A stretch of DNA of 64,000 nt from Candidatus Defluviibacterium haderslevense (GTDB lineage Bacteria > Bacteroidota > Bacteroidia > Chitinophagales > Saprospiraceae): the NCBI GenBank assembly GCA_016712225.1, contig JADJRL010000003.1, positions 2,559,831 through 2,623,830 on the forward strand. Direction: 5' to 3'. Positions 9,669 through 18,890 of the stretch are shown piece after piece. The stretch's first letter is position 1, and every line of letters starts with the position of its first letter. The translations under genes were made by a program, and so were the position numbers. A model generated the notes under the pieces. The model was not told where the DNA came from and ran no database searches. It was given only the letters and a program-made list of their open reading frames with translations.

Positions 9669-10072
9669 TCTTTTTTTGATAGCAATCCATTTATATATTT
9701 AATAATTCTAATTTCAAAGGCTTAGTTTTTACATATTGGGTTGCTGTAATTATTACAATAGTTATAATTTTAAAGCTATATTTGGGCTTAATAAATGTTC
9801 ACATTTTTTGCGTGAGAATTTAGATAAATCAATTCAATTTTTTGGATTAAAAATGAGCTTTTATACTATTTAATTTTTTTTAATTGATACGGTAGATACG
9901 ATCTTTAAAACGCCTCTAAAATTATAATTAATGTACTGTTTAGTGTTCTAAAACCATCTTGTTTTTTGTCAAAATAATGGGGACAGCAAGTTGAATGATG
10001 GCTAAGTGAATGGAAAGATTAAGTAAAGGAATTTACAAAAATTGAGTAATATTGTGTTCTTTATCATTGAAT

Positions 10073-11341
10073 ATGTCTTCGATTCAAATTCGATTTATAG
10101 TAATACTTGGAGCATTAACAATCATCGGTATTTTTGTTATGCAAGCCTATTATTTATTTAAAAATTACAATAAAGAGGAATCAGAATTTCACCAATCCGT
10201 GAGTATTGCATTAAGAAATACGGCCAAAATCATAGCTAATTATGACAAGGGCACATTACCTGAAAAAGGACTTTTAATCCGTGAAGCTTCCAATTTCTAT
10301 AAAGTTAATGTAAATGCACATATAGATCAATCTAGTCTCCTCCTTACACTAAAGAATGAATTTGCGAAACAAGAATTGGTCATACCTTTTGAGTATGGAA
10401 TTTATGATTGCGGCACAAATGAACTGGTATACAATGAAATATTAAAAGATACCACTAAAGTTAAAAGCAAATCAAACAGGAAAGCCAAATCTAAAAAAAC
10501 GGAGGAGAACTCTTATTTTATAGTTCGATTTCCAAGTAAGGCATCCTATATGTTTGTTGAAATGAAATCATTAATTATATCCTCAACTTTGTTGTTATTA
10601 GCCTGTGGTATTTTTACTATGGCTATGTTTATGACTTTAAGGCAAAAGCGATATTCAGAATTAATGCGCGATTTTGTGAATAATATGACTCACGAATTTA
10701 AAACACCGATATCGTCTATAAAAATATCTGCTGATGTGCTTTTGCACCATCCGACAGTTGAAGAAGATAAACGTCTATTTCAATATGCTCAAATTATCAG
10801 AGACCAGAATCAAAGACTTAATGATCAAGTTGAGAAGGTGCTACAAATTGCAAAAATGGAATCTTCTTCATTCAATATTAAGAAAGAGCCCATTGATCTA
10901 CACGAGATCATTCGACAAGTAAGTAGTCAATATGCAATCAGACTGGATGATTCCGGAGGCAGTTTGACCTTATCATTAGAAGCCAAATCCCATAATTGTA
11001 TGGCAGATCGGTTTCATTTTATGAATATCATCTCTAACCTGATAGATAATGCCATAAAATATAGTAAAAACGATCCAGAAATTGGTATTTTTACACATAA
11101 TCTAAAAGATAAGCTAATTTTGGAAGTAAGGGACAAAGGTATTGGGATACAGGAGGAGGACATTTCAAAAATATTTCAGAAATTCTTTCGGGTTTCTACA
11201 GGCGATGTTCATAATGTAAAAGGATTTGGGATTGGCTTGTATTATGTCAAAAGAATCTGCGATGCACATGGTTTTGATGTAAATTTGCAGAGTGTTTATG
11301 GTAAAGGAACAAGTATATTTATTCAAGTAAAAACAGTATAA
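10073..11341 (+). CDS. Membrane sensor histidine kinase, paralogue of 5671..7146
   Basis: H-box FVNNMTHEFKTPISSI is nearly identical to the first kinase. It also has N-box NLIDNAIKYS and G-boxes DKGIGI and GFGIGLYYV. The stop overlaps the start of the next gene (TAATG). Confidence 0.9.
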   Translation: MSSIQIRFIVILGALTIIGIFVMQAYYLFKNYNKEESEFHQSVSIALRNTAKIIANYDKGTLPEKGLLIREASNFYKVNVNAHIDQSSLLLTLKNEFAKQELVIPFEYGIYDCGTNELVYNEILKDTTKVKSKSNRKAKSKKTEENSYFIVRFPSKASYMFVEMKSLIISSTLLLLACGIFTMAMFMTLRQKRYSELMRDFVNNMTHEFKTPISSIKISADVLLHHPTVEEDKRLFQYAQIIRDQNQRLNDQVEKVLQIAKMESSSFNIKKEPIDLHEIIRQVSSQYAIRLDDSGGSLTLSLEAKSHNCMADRFHFMNIISNLIDNAIKYSKNDPEIGIFTHNLKDKLILEVRDKGIGIQEEDISKIFQKFFRVSTGDVHNVKGFGIGLYYVKRICDAHGFDVNLQSVYGKGTSIFIQVKTV

Positions 11342-12030
11342 TGAAACGAGCTAGACTTTTATATGCAGAAGATGATGAAACATTAAGTTTTATTACTAAG
11401 GATCACTTGGAACTTCAAGGTTACGAAGTGGTTCACTGTGTTAATGGGGCCTTAGCCTATGAAGCATTTAAAAATGAAAAATTTGATCTTTGTATATTTG
11501 ATGTCATGCTTCCTGAGATGGATGGATTTACATTAGCGGAAAATGTTAGAAAAAAAGATCAACAAATCCCCATTTTGTTTTTAACTGCAAAGTCTTTAAA
11601 AGAAGACCGTATACATGGATTAAAACTCGGAGGGGATGATTATTTGACCAAGCCGTTTAGTATAGAAGAGTTGATACTTAAAATTGAAATATTTTTAAGG
11701 CGGAGCCGAGTATTTGAATCCCCAAGTTTAGAGGTTGAATTAAAGGTAGGTATTTACACTTATCTGCCATTGGAATATCAATTAGTTAATGAAACCAATG
11801 TAAGAATTCTAACACAGAGAGAAAGTGAATTATTGGATTTTTTGCTTAAAAACAAAAACAGAGTCATTAAAAGATCTGTAATTCTTGAAAGTTTATGGGG
11901 CGAAGATGATTATTTTATGGGTAGAAGTTTGGATGTATTTATATCTAGATTGAGAAAATATTTAGGGGATGATCCTGCTATAAAGATAGATAACATTCAT
12001 GGAATAGGATTTAAATTTATGTGTCCCTAG
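11341..12030 (+). CDS. OmpR/PhoB-family response regulator, paralogue of 7216..7971
   Basis: Receiver motifs LLYAEDD, LCIFDVMLPEMDG and LTAK, with a winged helix LTQRESELLDFL...DVFISRLRKYL. Confidence 0.9.
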   Translation: MKRARLLYAEDDETLSFITKDHLELQGYEVVHCVNGALAYEAFKNEKFDLCIFDVMLPEMDGFTLAENVRKKDQQIPILFLTAKSLKEDRIHGLKLGGDDYLTKPFSIEELILKIEIFLRRSRVFESPSLEVELKVGIYTYLPLEYQLVNETNVRILTQRESELLDFLLKNKNRVIKRSVILESLWGEDDYFMGRSLDVFISRLRKYLGDDPAIKIDNIHGIGFKFMCP

Positions 12031-12054
12031 TCAAGGGCTGGGATAGCTTTATAT

Positions 12055-12999
12055 GTGTTTATTTACTTTGTATCGCAACCATCGCGTGTGAATAAATTAA
12101 AATATCAATTTTTTTCGACTTTTGTATTATTTGCTTTGTATTGTTCTGAAATACAAGCTCAAAACCCTTTTGAAATAAGAAGGACAAAAGTGGATACATC
12201 AAAAGTAAATGCAAGCCCAACCGATACTTTTAAGAGGGTAATTGTCAATCCTTTTGAATTGAAACCAGCAGTCCAAACAATAGGAATACAGTCAGAATCC
12301 CTAGCAGCCGACTTACTAAAACAAAAAACAAAGGAGTGGTCTGGTCATCCTACCAGTATGTTAGAAATCAAGAGTGCATTATTTTGGCTAATGCTACTTT
12401 TGACTTTTTTACTAGCCATAGCCTTAAATTTGAACCGGGCCATAATACTTAAACTCTACAAGAGTAGTTTTAACTTAAATCACTTATCACTTTTATATAG
12501 AGAAAGTAAGGAGGAGAATCGAATTATCTTTCCACTATTATACGGTCTGTATTTCATAGGTCTCAGCTTGTTTGTTTATCTAACCCTGGTCAATTTTTAC
12601 AAACCAATACATATTATAAATTTATTATATTTATCTATGTGTACCAGTATCATTTATTTAATTCGCCATATCAGTTTAAAAATATTTGGATTTGTTTTCA
12701 AAATAGATCGGGAAATAGACCGCTATTTGTTTAGTATTATCGCATTTGGCTGTTTGATGAGCATTATTTTAATACCTGCTGACTTTTTAATTGCATTTAC
12801 GGACCACGAATGGGCTAAAAAAATAATATATACTTTGGGCATTTTCTTAGTCGTAGCGTACGTTTTCCGCCAACTTAAAGAAATATTAATTAGTTCAAAT
12901 CTTTGGAGAGAATCAATTTTTCATTTTTTATTGTATCTTTGCACCTTCGAAATAGCACCGTTTATATTGCTCTGGACTTTTCTCGAGCGTTTAAGCTAA
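12055..12999 (+). CDS. Polytopic membrane protein, DUF4271-like
   Basis: Signal-like N-terminus followed by about 6 TM segments. The position directly upstream of a hemD-like gene is the usual Bacteroidota arrangement for DUF4271. The start is uncertain; the GTG at 12088 gives a cleaner signal peptide. Confidence 0.55.
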   Translation: MFIYFVSQPSRVNKLKYQFFSTFVLFALYCSEIQAQNPFEIRRTKVDTSKVNASPTDTFKRVIVNPFELKPAVQTIGIQSESLAADLLKQKTKEWSGHPTSMLEIKSALFWLMLLLTFLLAIALNLNRAIILKLYKSSFNLNHLSLLYRESKEENRIIFPLLYGLYFIGLSLFVYLTLVNFYKPIHIINLLYLSMCTSIIYLIRHISLKIFGFVFKIDREIDRYLFSIIAFGCLMSIILIPADFLIAFTDHEWAKKIIYTLGIFLVVAYVFRQLKEILISSNLWRESIFHFLLYLCTFEIAPFILLWTFLERLS

Positions 13000-13025
13000 G
13001 TGCAATATCAAAAAAGCCGCAGTTA

Positions 13026-13814
13026 ATGCCGACAAAAACGACTAGCATTGCGCTAATTAAAGACTCTCGGTTGAGAAAAGTTAAGTCAATTTTAATTTCT
13101 CAACCAAAACCTGAGCGATCTCCATATTTTGAGATTGAGACGAAGTACAATATTCAAGTTGATTGGAGGTCATTTATCCAAGTGGATGGTCTTACTGAAA
13201 AGGAATTCCGTAAGCAGAGGATTCGGCCCGATGAATTCCCTTGTGTAGTTTTTACAAGTAAAAACGCCATAGATCATTTTTTTAGGTTAACAGAAGAAAT
13301 GAGGGGTAAGGTCTCAGAAATGACCAAATACTTTTGTACTACTGAGACAATAGCCAACTACCTTCAAAAATTTATTATCTTCAGAAAAAGAAAGGTGTTT
13401 CATGGGACCAAGTCGATATCTGACCTTGCCAATTACTTTAATAAGCACAAAGATGTAGGGACCTTCTTAGTTCCTTGTTCAGATACAGGGAATCACGATG
13501 TAGCTGAATTCCTTAAATCTACTAAGGTGAAATTTCAAGAAGCCATAATGTATCGAACCGTAAGTGCGGATTTATCCGATTTGAAGGATATTAAGTATGA
13601 TATTTTGGTATTTTTTAGCCAGCTGGATATTAAATCATTATTTGACAATTTTCCAGATTTTGAGCAAGGGAATACGCGAATTGCAGCTTTTGGAAATACT
13701 ACTGCAAAAGCAGTTTCAGATGCACAATTATTAATAGATATTCAGGCACCAACGGTTGAAACGCCTTCTATGACAATGGCTCTAGAAATGTATTTGAAGA
13801 AAGCCAATAAGTAA
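13026..13814 (+). CDS. hemD: Uroporphyrinogen-III synthase-like protein (HemD family)
   Basis: About 262 aa from the ATG at 13026. It shows HemD-family patterns (ILISQPKP..., VVFTSKNAIDHFF, IAAFGNTTAKA). The ORF-track start at 12903 overlaps the preceding gene and is unlikely. Confidence 0.7.
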   Translation: MPTKTTSIALIKDSRLRKVKSILISQPKPERSPYFEIETKYNIQVDWRSFIQVDGLTEKEFRKQRIRPDEFPCVVFTSKNAIDHFFRLTEEMRGKVSEMTKYFCTTETIANYLQKFIIFRKRKVFHGTKSISDLANYFNKHKDVGTFLVPCSDTGNHDVAEFLKSTKVKFQEAIMYRTVSADLSDLKDIKYDILVFFSQLDIKSLFDNFPDFEQGNTRIAAFGNTTAKAVSDAQLLIDIQAPTVETPSMTMALEMYLKKANK

Positions 13815-13834
13815 TATATACCCATCTCATTCAA

Positions 13835-14473
13835 ATGGAAATTCCATTTATTGATCAGTTAGCCACTCAATTGACGAATGGCTTGCCTGGCAGAAAAGCT
13901 CATATTCGTATGGCTCCTTTTCCCGGAAGGTTTGATGAATTGCCGACTCAAGAAACTAAGAATGCTGCAGTTATGATTTTGATTATGGGGGACTCTGATA
14001 ATCTGTATTTTCCACTGATAAAAAGAAACCCAATCAGTGTCCGAGATCCACATAAGGGCCAGGTTAGCTTACCTGGTGGACGGCAAGAGGTATCTGATTA
14101 TAATCTACTTTTTACGGCATTGCGTGAAACTCAGGAAGAAATTGGAATACCAGCCGATCAAATCAAAATAGTTGGAGCATTATCTCCTTTATTTATTCCA
14201 GTTAGTAATAATTTAGTTCATCCTTTTATAGGATGGTTCGAGGGGCATGGTACGTTTGTACCGCAAGTATCTGAAGTGTTTGATATTATTAAATGCTCCT
14301 TGGCTCAATTATCTATTGGAAATTTACGTGCGCATCAAGTGATCAACACAAGTTATGCAACAGATCTTAAAGTTCCAGGATTTAACTTGAATGAACATTG
14401 GATTTGGGGTGCAACAGCCATGATTTTGGAAGAATTCAATGAAGTACTGGAACAAGTTATTTCCAGAAAATAA
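13835..14473 (+). CDS. NUDIX hydrolase, CoA-pyrophosphatase-like
   Basis: Nudix box GGRQEVSDYNLLFTALRETQEEIGI (Gx5Ex7REUxEExGU), preceded by a KGQVSLPGG-type motif seen in CoA pyrophosphatases. Confidence 0.85.
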   Translation: MEIPFIDQLATQLTNGLPGRKAHIRMAPFPGRFDELPTQETKNAAVMILIMGDSDNLYFPLIKRNPISVRDPHKGQVSLPGGRQEVSDYNLLFTALRETQEEIGIPADQIKIVGALSPLFIPVSNNLVHPFIGWFEGHGTFVPQVSEVFDIIKCSLAQLSIGNLRAHQVINTSYATDLKVPGFNLNEHWIWGATAMILEEFNEVLEQVISRK

Positions 14474-14858
14474 TTTTTAGTAATTTTATATTACAGTAAT
14501 CATACGATAAGTTGCATTTTAGGTCCTAACCTAGGTGGAAAATATAGCATCATTTTTCTAACCCTGCAGCATTTAGTAGTATTAAATAATAATAAATATA
14601 TTTTGTTAAACATGATAATGTTAGCATCATTTATTTTTATTTAAATACTTTTTTTGTATAATAAAATAATAAATGTCATGGTTGTGGAGATAAATAGAAT
14701 GAAAAAAAATCAGATGTAATAGATCATTGTTCTTATAATCTATCTTTGACTCAATGATAAATAGATCTTAATTTTTCGAGTTGTAAAATTTTAAGGTATA
14801 ATACTCAAAAATAGTTGGTAAAACCTTCATAAGTATATTGAAAATCAATAAATTATAA

Positions 14859-14892
14859 AGAGTTAATTGAAAGTGGTTTCAATTAACTCTTT
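14859..14892. repeat. Perfect 14-bp-stem palindrome AGAGTTAATTGAAA-GTGG-TTTCAATTAACTCT just upstream of the transposase ATG
   Basis: Read directly from the sequence. It is followed by TTTTTG, so it could be a terminator or an element-end structure. Confidence 0.5.
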
Positions 14893-14898
14893 TTGTAT

Positions 14899-15877
14899 AT
14901 GAAAAACTCAAAAAAAAAGATGTTGGGCATGTGGATTTTTAGACACTATTAAATGGGGAAAACAGGCTGGAAAGCAGAGATATAAATGTAAGAATTGTGG
15001 TGTTTTATCAACTGGTTCTAATAGCCCTGTAAAGTCAAATAATGAATTAGTTTGGTTTCGAAAATGGGTACTAGAAAGGTTAACATATCGATATCTTCTT
15101 GATGATAGTGGATACAGTAAATCAACACTTGAACGCAAGTTTAAGAGCTATTTATCAAATGCTCCTGCTTTTCAAATAAAAGCTCATGATAATGCTCATT
15201 TAGTGATTGATGGCACATATTTTAAGGGAGAGCTGTGTTTGGTTTTGTATTATGATTTTGATATTAAATATTGCCAATTTTACCGATTCACCACTAAAGA
15301 ATCTTATTCTGAAATCAAAGAGGATATTGAAAATGTATTATTGTTGGGAATCCAAATAAAATCAATTACATGTGATGGCCATCCTGCAATTATTAAGGCA
15401 ATACATAAAGCTTGTCCAGATATAATCATTCAAAGGTGCTTGGTGCATATTCAAAGAGAGACAAACATTTGGCTTAGACGAAAACCTGTAATTGAGTGTA
15501 GTATTGAGCTTAAAAGAATAGTAAGCACGCTTCATTTAGTAAAGAATAATAACGATCGAATTTATTGGATCAACCTATTCAATAATTGGTTTGACCAAAA
15601 CAAAATATTCATAAATGAACAACAAATAAGTCCAGATACTGGAAGAAAATGGTATCGACACAAGGACTTAAGAAGAACAGCAATTATGATTCGAAGAGCA
15701 ATACCTAATATGTTTCATTATTTAAACAATGCGCAAATACCAAATAATACGAACTCCATTGAATCGTTTTTCGGACATTTAAAAGACACATTAAGTATAC
15801 ATAGAGGATTGTCCAAAAGTAACCGGAAATCATTTATTAAATGGTACTTACATTTTAAAAATGCATCACGAAATTAG
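14899..15877 (+). mobile_element. DDE transposase gene with an N-terminal zinc ribbon; reading frame interrupted in an A9 run (element ends not defined)
   Basis: The ATG at 14899 (MKNSKK) runs into the A9 tract at 14910-14918 and stops at 14950. The next frame is open from 14903 to 15877. That frame encodes CWAC..x17..CKNC (GKQRYKCKNCG, as in IS1/IS1595-type zinc ribbons), then IDGTYF, TCDGHPA, QRCLVHIQR and NSIESFFGHLK (DDE-like). Removing one A gives a continuous 325-aa product. Confidence 0.75.
14910..14918 (+). other. A9 homopolymer at the frame junction of the transposase (candidate slippage site or frameshift mutation)
   Basis: Nine consecutive A lie between the ATG-proximal frame and the zinc-ribbon/DDE frame. 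Confidence 0.6.
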
Positions 15878-15906
15878 GTTTTTTTAAGCCATAAGGCAAA
15901 CCTGTA

Positions 15907-17085
15907 TTAATATATTAAGTGGTCCATATTCGAACCACTTAATATTACAGTATATGCATCAACTTTATTGCTAGTAGGTTGCTCCTCAGCAGAGCCTAAT
16001 TCCTCTTCAAGTTGATGGCGGAAATTTAATAAATCACATAGAAAAAACCACCAACTATATTTGACGACATTACCAATTTTAATGCCATCTGAATCCAAGT
16101 GAATTAATTTCTCATCTTTAAATTCGGTCAAGGTTCTAATTAATGTTTCTTTGGCAACACCACAATATGAAGCAAGGTCTTCTCGCCCAATGTTAATGAT
16201 AGGCGGGTTAAATTGTTTAGAAAGTTCTACAATGTGATAAGCTATTTTTTCTCTGACATTACCATAAGAATTGATTGCTAATCTAAATGTAAATTCTTTG
16301 GTTAATGAAAAAGTAAATTGCTGAAAAGACATTAATAAATTATCTTTAAGTATTATGTCTTCAAGTGTTTTTTTAGATATCATTTTTATGACAACGGGTT
16401 CGATCACTTCGGCATATCCATTATGATTGTTTTGAAATAAATAATGCATCCCAACAAATCCTGAAGATTGATAGAGTTCAAGTACCAATTCTTTTCCTCC
16501 AATGGTTTCTAGTGCCTCTTTGATAATGCCAGATTGAATGAAGTATATATGGTTAACACGATCACTATCATTCCATAACCTTGTTTTTTTTCCGTAACTT
16601 TTGGTTTGAGATTCTTGAATTAAGTTAGCGATTTTAGGGTGTTTTTCAAATTCTTTAATAGATAAAGTATTCAATATTTGTTTTGAAGTTCGAGAAGCAT
16701 CTAGTTCTTTATATTTTTTTAATTTATTTTCTACGATTTGCAATAAATCAGAATCTTCAAACGGCTTAACCAAATAATCTTCTGCACCAAGATTCATGCC
16801 TTTTCGAAAATCTTCTTTTTCAGATTTAGCAGTTAGAAAAATAAAAGGTAAATGTTTTAGGGATTCGTCCTGTTGAATGATTTTTAGCACGCCAAAACCA
16901 TCTAGATTAGGCATCATAATATCACAAAGAATGATGTCTGGCCGAAATTGGCGGGCATATTGAATACCAATTAGTCCATCTTCAGCTGATTTGACATCAT
17001 ATTCTGCTAATTCGAGAATCTCAGTTAGATTTTCTCTCATTTCTGCATTGTCTTCAATGAGTAGAATTTTTGATTTATTTTGCAT
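15907..17085 (-). CDS. Response regulator with receiver domain fused to a cNMP-binding/Crp-FNR-type HTH domain
   Basis: REC motifs ILLIEDN, ILCDIMMPNLDG, LTAK and YLVKPF. These are followed by a Crp-like effector domain and an HTH (REDLASYCGVAKETLIRTLTEFKDEKLI). The last 45 aa or so look atypical. Confidence 0.85.
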   Translation of the reverse strand: MQNKSKILLIEDNAEMRENLTEILELAEYDVKSAEDGLIGIQYARQFRPDIILCDIMMPNLDGFGVLKIIQQDESLKHLPFIFLTAKSEKEDFRKGMNLGAEDYLVKPFEDSDLLQIVENKLKKYKELDASRTSKQILNTLSIKEFEKHPKIANLIQESQTKSYGKKTRLWNDSDRVNHIYFIQSGIIKEALETIGGKELVLELYQSSGFVGMHYLFQNNHNGYAEVIEPVVIKMISKKTLEDIILKDNLLMSFQQFTFSLTKEFTFRLAINSYGNVREKIAYHIVELSKQFNPPIINIGREDLASYCGVAKETLIRTLTEFKDEKLIHLDSDGIKIGNVVKYSWWFFLCDLLNFRHQLEEELGSAEEQPTSNKVDAYTVILSGSNMDHLIY

Positions 17086-18358
17086 TTATTGGTATTTTAA
17101 CATGAAAGCTTGTACCTATATTTTCTTTAGAATGGAATGATAAATTTCCATGAATGGCTTCAAGATATTTTTTAACAATATTTAAACCGAGACCGGTTCC
17201 TTGAATATTAAGTACATTGGAACCTCTATAGAAAATATCATAAATAAATTTTTGTTCTTTTTCGGGAATTCCAATACCATGGTCTACAACATCTATAATG
17301 TAATGATCTTTTTCTTCATCTAAATTAATATCAATTATAGCACCTTCTGATGAGTACTTTATAGCATTCGTAATAAGATTATTGAGAATGTGTCGTATAC
17401 AGGTTTTATCAGAATTCATATTAAATTTCAATAATTTGTCGAAATTCAAATTTAATATTTGATTGTTTTTTTTAATAAATTCAAAATCATCAATAATATC
17501 TTGTAACAATTCAGACAAAGAAAAATATTCTAGTTTTATCTCATATCGGCCTTCTTCAATTCGAGTTAAATTTAAGAATTCGTTTAAGATTCCATTGAGA
17601 TAGTGAATATTGTTTTTGATTTTGCCGATATGTTTTTTTCTTTTCTCTAAAGTTTCTAAATCTTCATATTTATCTATTAGATTTATTGAACTTAAAATAT
17701 TGGCAAGTGGTGTTCTGAATTCGTGCGATGCGATAGAAACAAATCTTGATTTTAATTGATTGATGTCTCGTTCTTTTTCCAATGCATTAATTAAATTAAT
17801 CTCATTTTCTTTAAGTTTATTTTCAACTATTTTCCGTTGGCCAATTTCAATTTCAAGAATGTTATTCGCATTACTTAATTGGTTGATACTGTCTTGCAGC
17901 TGTTTTGTTCTGGAGTTTACTAGATTTTCAAGTGATTTATTGAGTACTTGTAATTTTTCTTCAATTTGTTTTTGTTCTGTCAGATCATGAATGACTCCGG
18001 TAAAGAATGTTTCTTCATGAATAATAAACTTACTAACGGCTATTCTCAGTGGAATAGTTAGTCCTTGTTTAGTCAGTCCATTAATTTCACGACCTTTGCC
18101 CATTATTTTTTTTGGGTGAGGTCCTACATGATTTAAAAGATAATGATCGTGTACCCTTTTATCATGTTCAGGCATCAACATATTGATTTTTTGATGTATT
18201 AAATCAATCTCATCATATCCAAAGAGATTACAAGCACTTTCATTCGCAAGTACTATTAATCCATTTGTATCAATAATGATAATTCCATCAATGGCAGTGT
18301 CCAAGATAGATTTAAAAAAACTTTTATCGTGATCCGTTTGTTTAGATTGATAAGGCAT
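17075..18358 (-). CDS. Cytoplasmic PAS-domain sensor histidine kinase
   Basis: PAS region (FKSILDTAIDGIIIIDTNGLIVLANESACNLFGY), a coiled coil, H-box SIASHEFRTPL, N-box NLITNAIKYS and G-boxes DHGIGI and GTGLGL. The 3' end overlaps the regulator gene by 11 nt. I prefer the ATG at 18358 over 18403. Confidence 0.9.
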   Translation of the reverse strand: MPYQSKQTDHDKSFFKSILDTAIDGIIIIDTNGLIVLANESACNLFGYDEIDLIHQKINMLMPEHDKRVHDHYLLNHVGPHPKKIMGKGREINGLTKQGLTIPLRIAVSKFIIHEETFFTGVIHDLTEQKQIEEKLQVLNKSLENLVNSRTKQLQDSINQLSNANNILEIEIGQRKIVENKLKENEINLINALEKERDINQLKSRFVSIASHEFRTPLANILSSINLIDKYEDLETLEKRKKHIGKIKNNIHYLNGILNEFLNLTRIEEGRYEIKLEYFSLSELLQDIIDDFEFIKKNNQILNLNFDKLLKFNMNSDKTCIRHILNNLITNAIKYSSEGAIIDINLDEEKDHYIIDVVDHGIGIPEKEQKFIYDIFYRGSNVLNIQGTGLGLNIVKKYLEAIHGNLSFHSKENIGTSFHVKIPINAK

Positions 18359-18360
18359 GT

Positions 18361-18382
18361 ATTGATTTTGAGTACAATCAAT
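18361..18382. promoter_or_regulatory. Inverted repeat ATTGAT-N10-ATCAAT in the divergent kinase/CBS promoter region
   Basis: Read directly. It lies upstream of the kinase only if the kinase starts at 18358. Confidence 0.3.
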
Positions 18383-18447
18383 TAAATAGATGACAAAGAT
18401 CATTAAATAACCGTTAATTATTATTCAATTTTACAAAAATTATTAAT

Positions 18448-18855
18448 ATGAATGTAAAAGAACCTATTAGTACTATTATGACTAAAAATTTAGTCACCTT
18501 AACTCCTGAGGATAGCCTTATGGAAGTTAAAAATATATTTCAAAACAACGCAATACATCACATTCCTGTGGTCCATTTTAGGGATTTGGTCGGATTGGTT
18601 AGTAAGTCTGATTTTTTGTTATATGCGAACTCTCTATCTGATTCTTCAAACATAGAAATTCAAGTGGATCAGAAGCTTGAGTTTACAAAAGTTAAGCAAA
18701 TTATGGTAACCAGACTTGGTAAACTTGAGCCAGATGATCGGATTGAGGTAGCTATCGATGTTTTTTTGAAAAATTATTTTCATTGTCTTCCTGTTGTGAA
18801 GGATGGGGAATTAATGGGATTGGTAACACCATTTGATATTTTGAGACAGTTATAA
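18448..18855 (+). CDS. CBS-domain pair protein
   Basis: 135 aa with two CBS motifs (IMTKNLVTLTPEDSL...HHIPVV and IMVTRLGKLEPDDRI...HCLPVVKDGELMGLVT). Confidence 0.85.
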   Translation: MNVKEPISTIMTKNLVTLTPEDSLMEVKNIFQNNAIHHIPVVHFRDLVGLVSKSDFLLYANSLSDSSNIEIQVDQKLEFTKVKQIMVTRLGKLEPDDRIEVAIDVFLKNYFHCLPVVKDGELMGLVTPFDILRQL

Positions 18856-18890
18856 AGCAGATCATTGAAATGTATAACTCTTAAATGTTT

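Noticed and set aside
12903-13025. N-terminal extensions proposed by the ORF track, for example hemD from 12903, the DUF4254 gene from 61601, gcvP from 58735 (TTG) and the response regulator from 7177 (TTG).
   Set aside because: These extensions overlap the preceding gene or add non-homologous residues. Internal ATGs give canonical N-termini and, for gcvP, sit at the right distance from a TAnnTTTG box.
14908-15138. 76-aa minus-strand ORF upstream of the transposase ORF.
   Set aside because: The plus strand here encodes the CxxC...CxxC zinc ribbon, which is continuous in frame with the DDE domain. The minus ORF is its antisense shadow.
15911-15944. tRNA-like T-loop (GGTTCGAAT on the minus strand).
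   Set aside because: The flanking bases form a simple 11-bp palindrome. No acceptor, D or anticodon arms can be drawn. No other tRNA, rRNA or tmRNA-like segment was seen in the window.
14497-15949. 11-nt direct repeat ATATTACAGTA at 14497 and 15939, considered as a target-site duplication for the transposase element.
   Set aside because: The sequences just inside the two copies show no convincing terminal inverted repeats. An 11-mer match is not rare in AT-rich DNA, so the element boundaries are left undefined.
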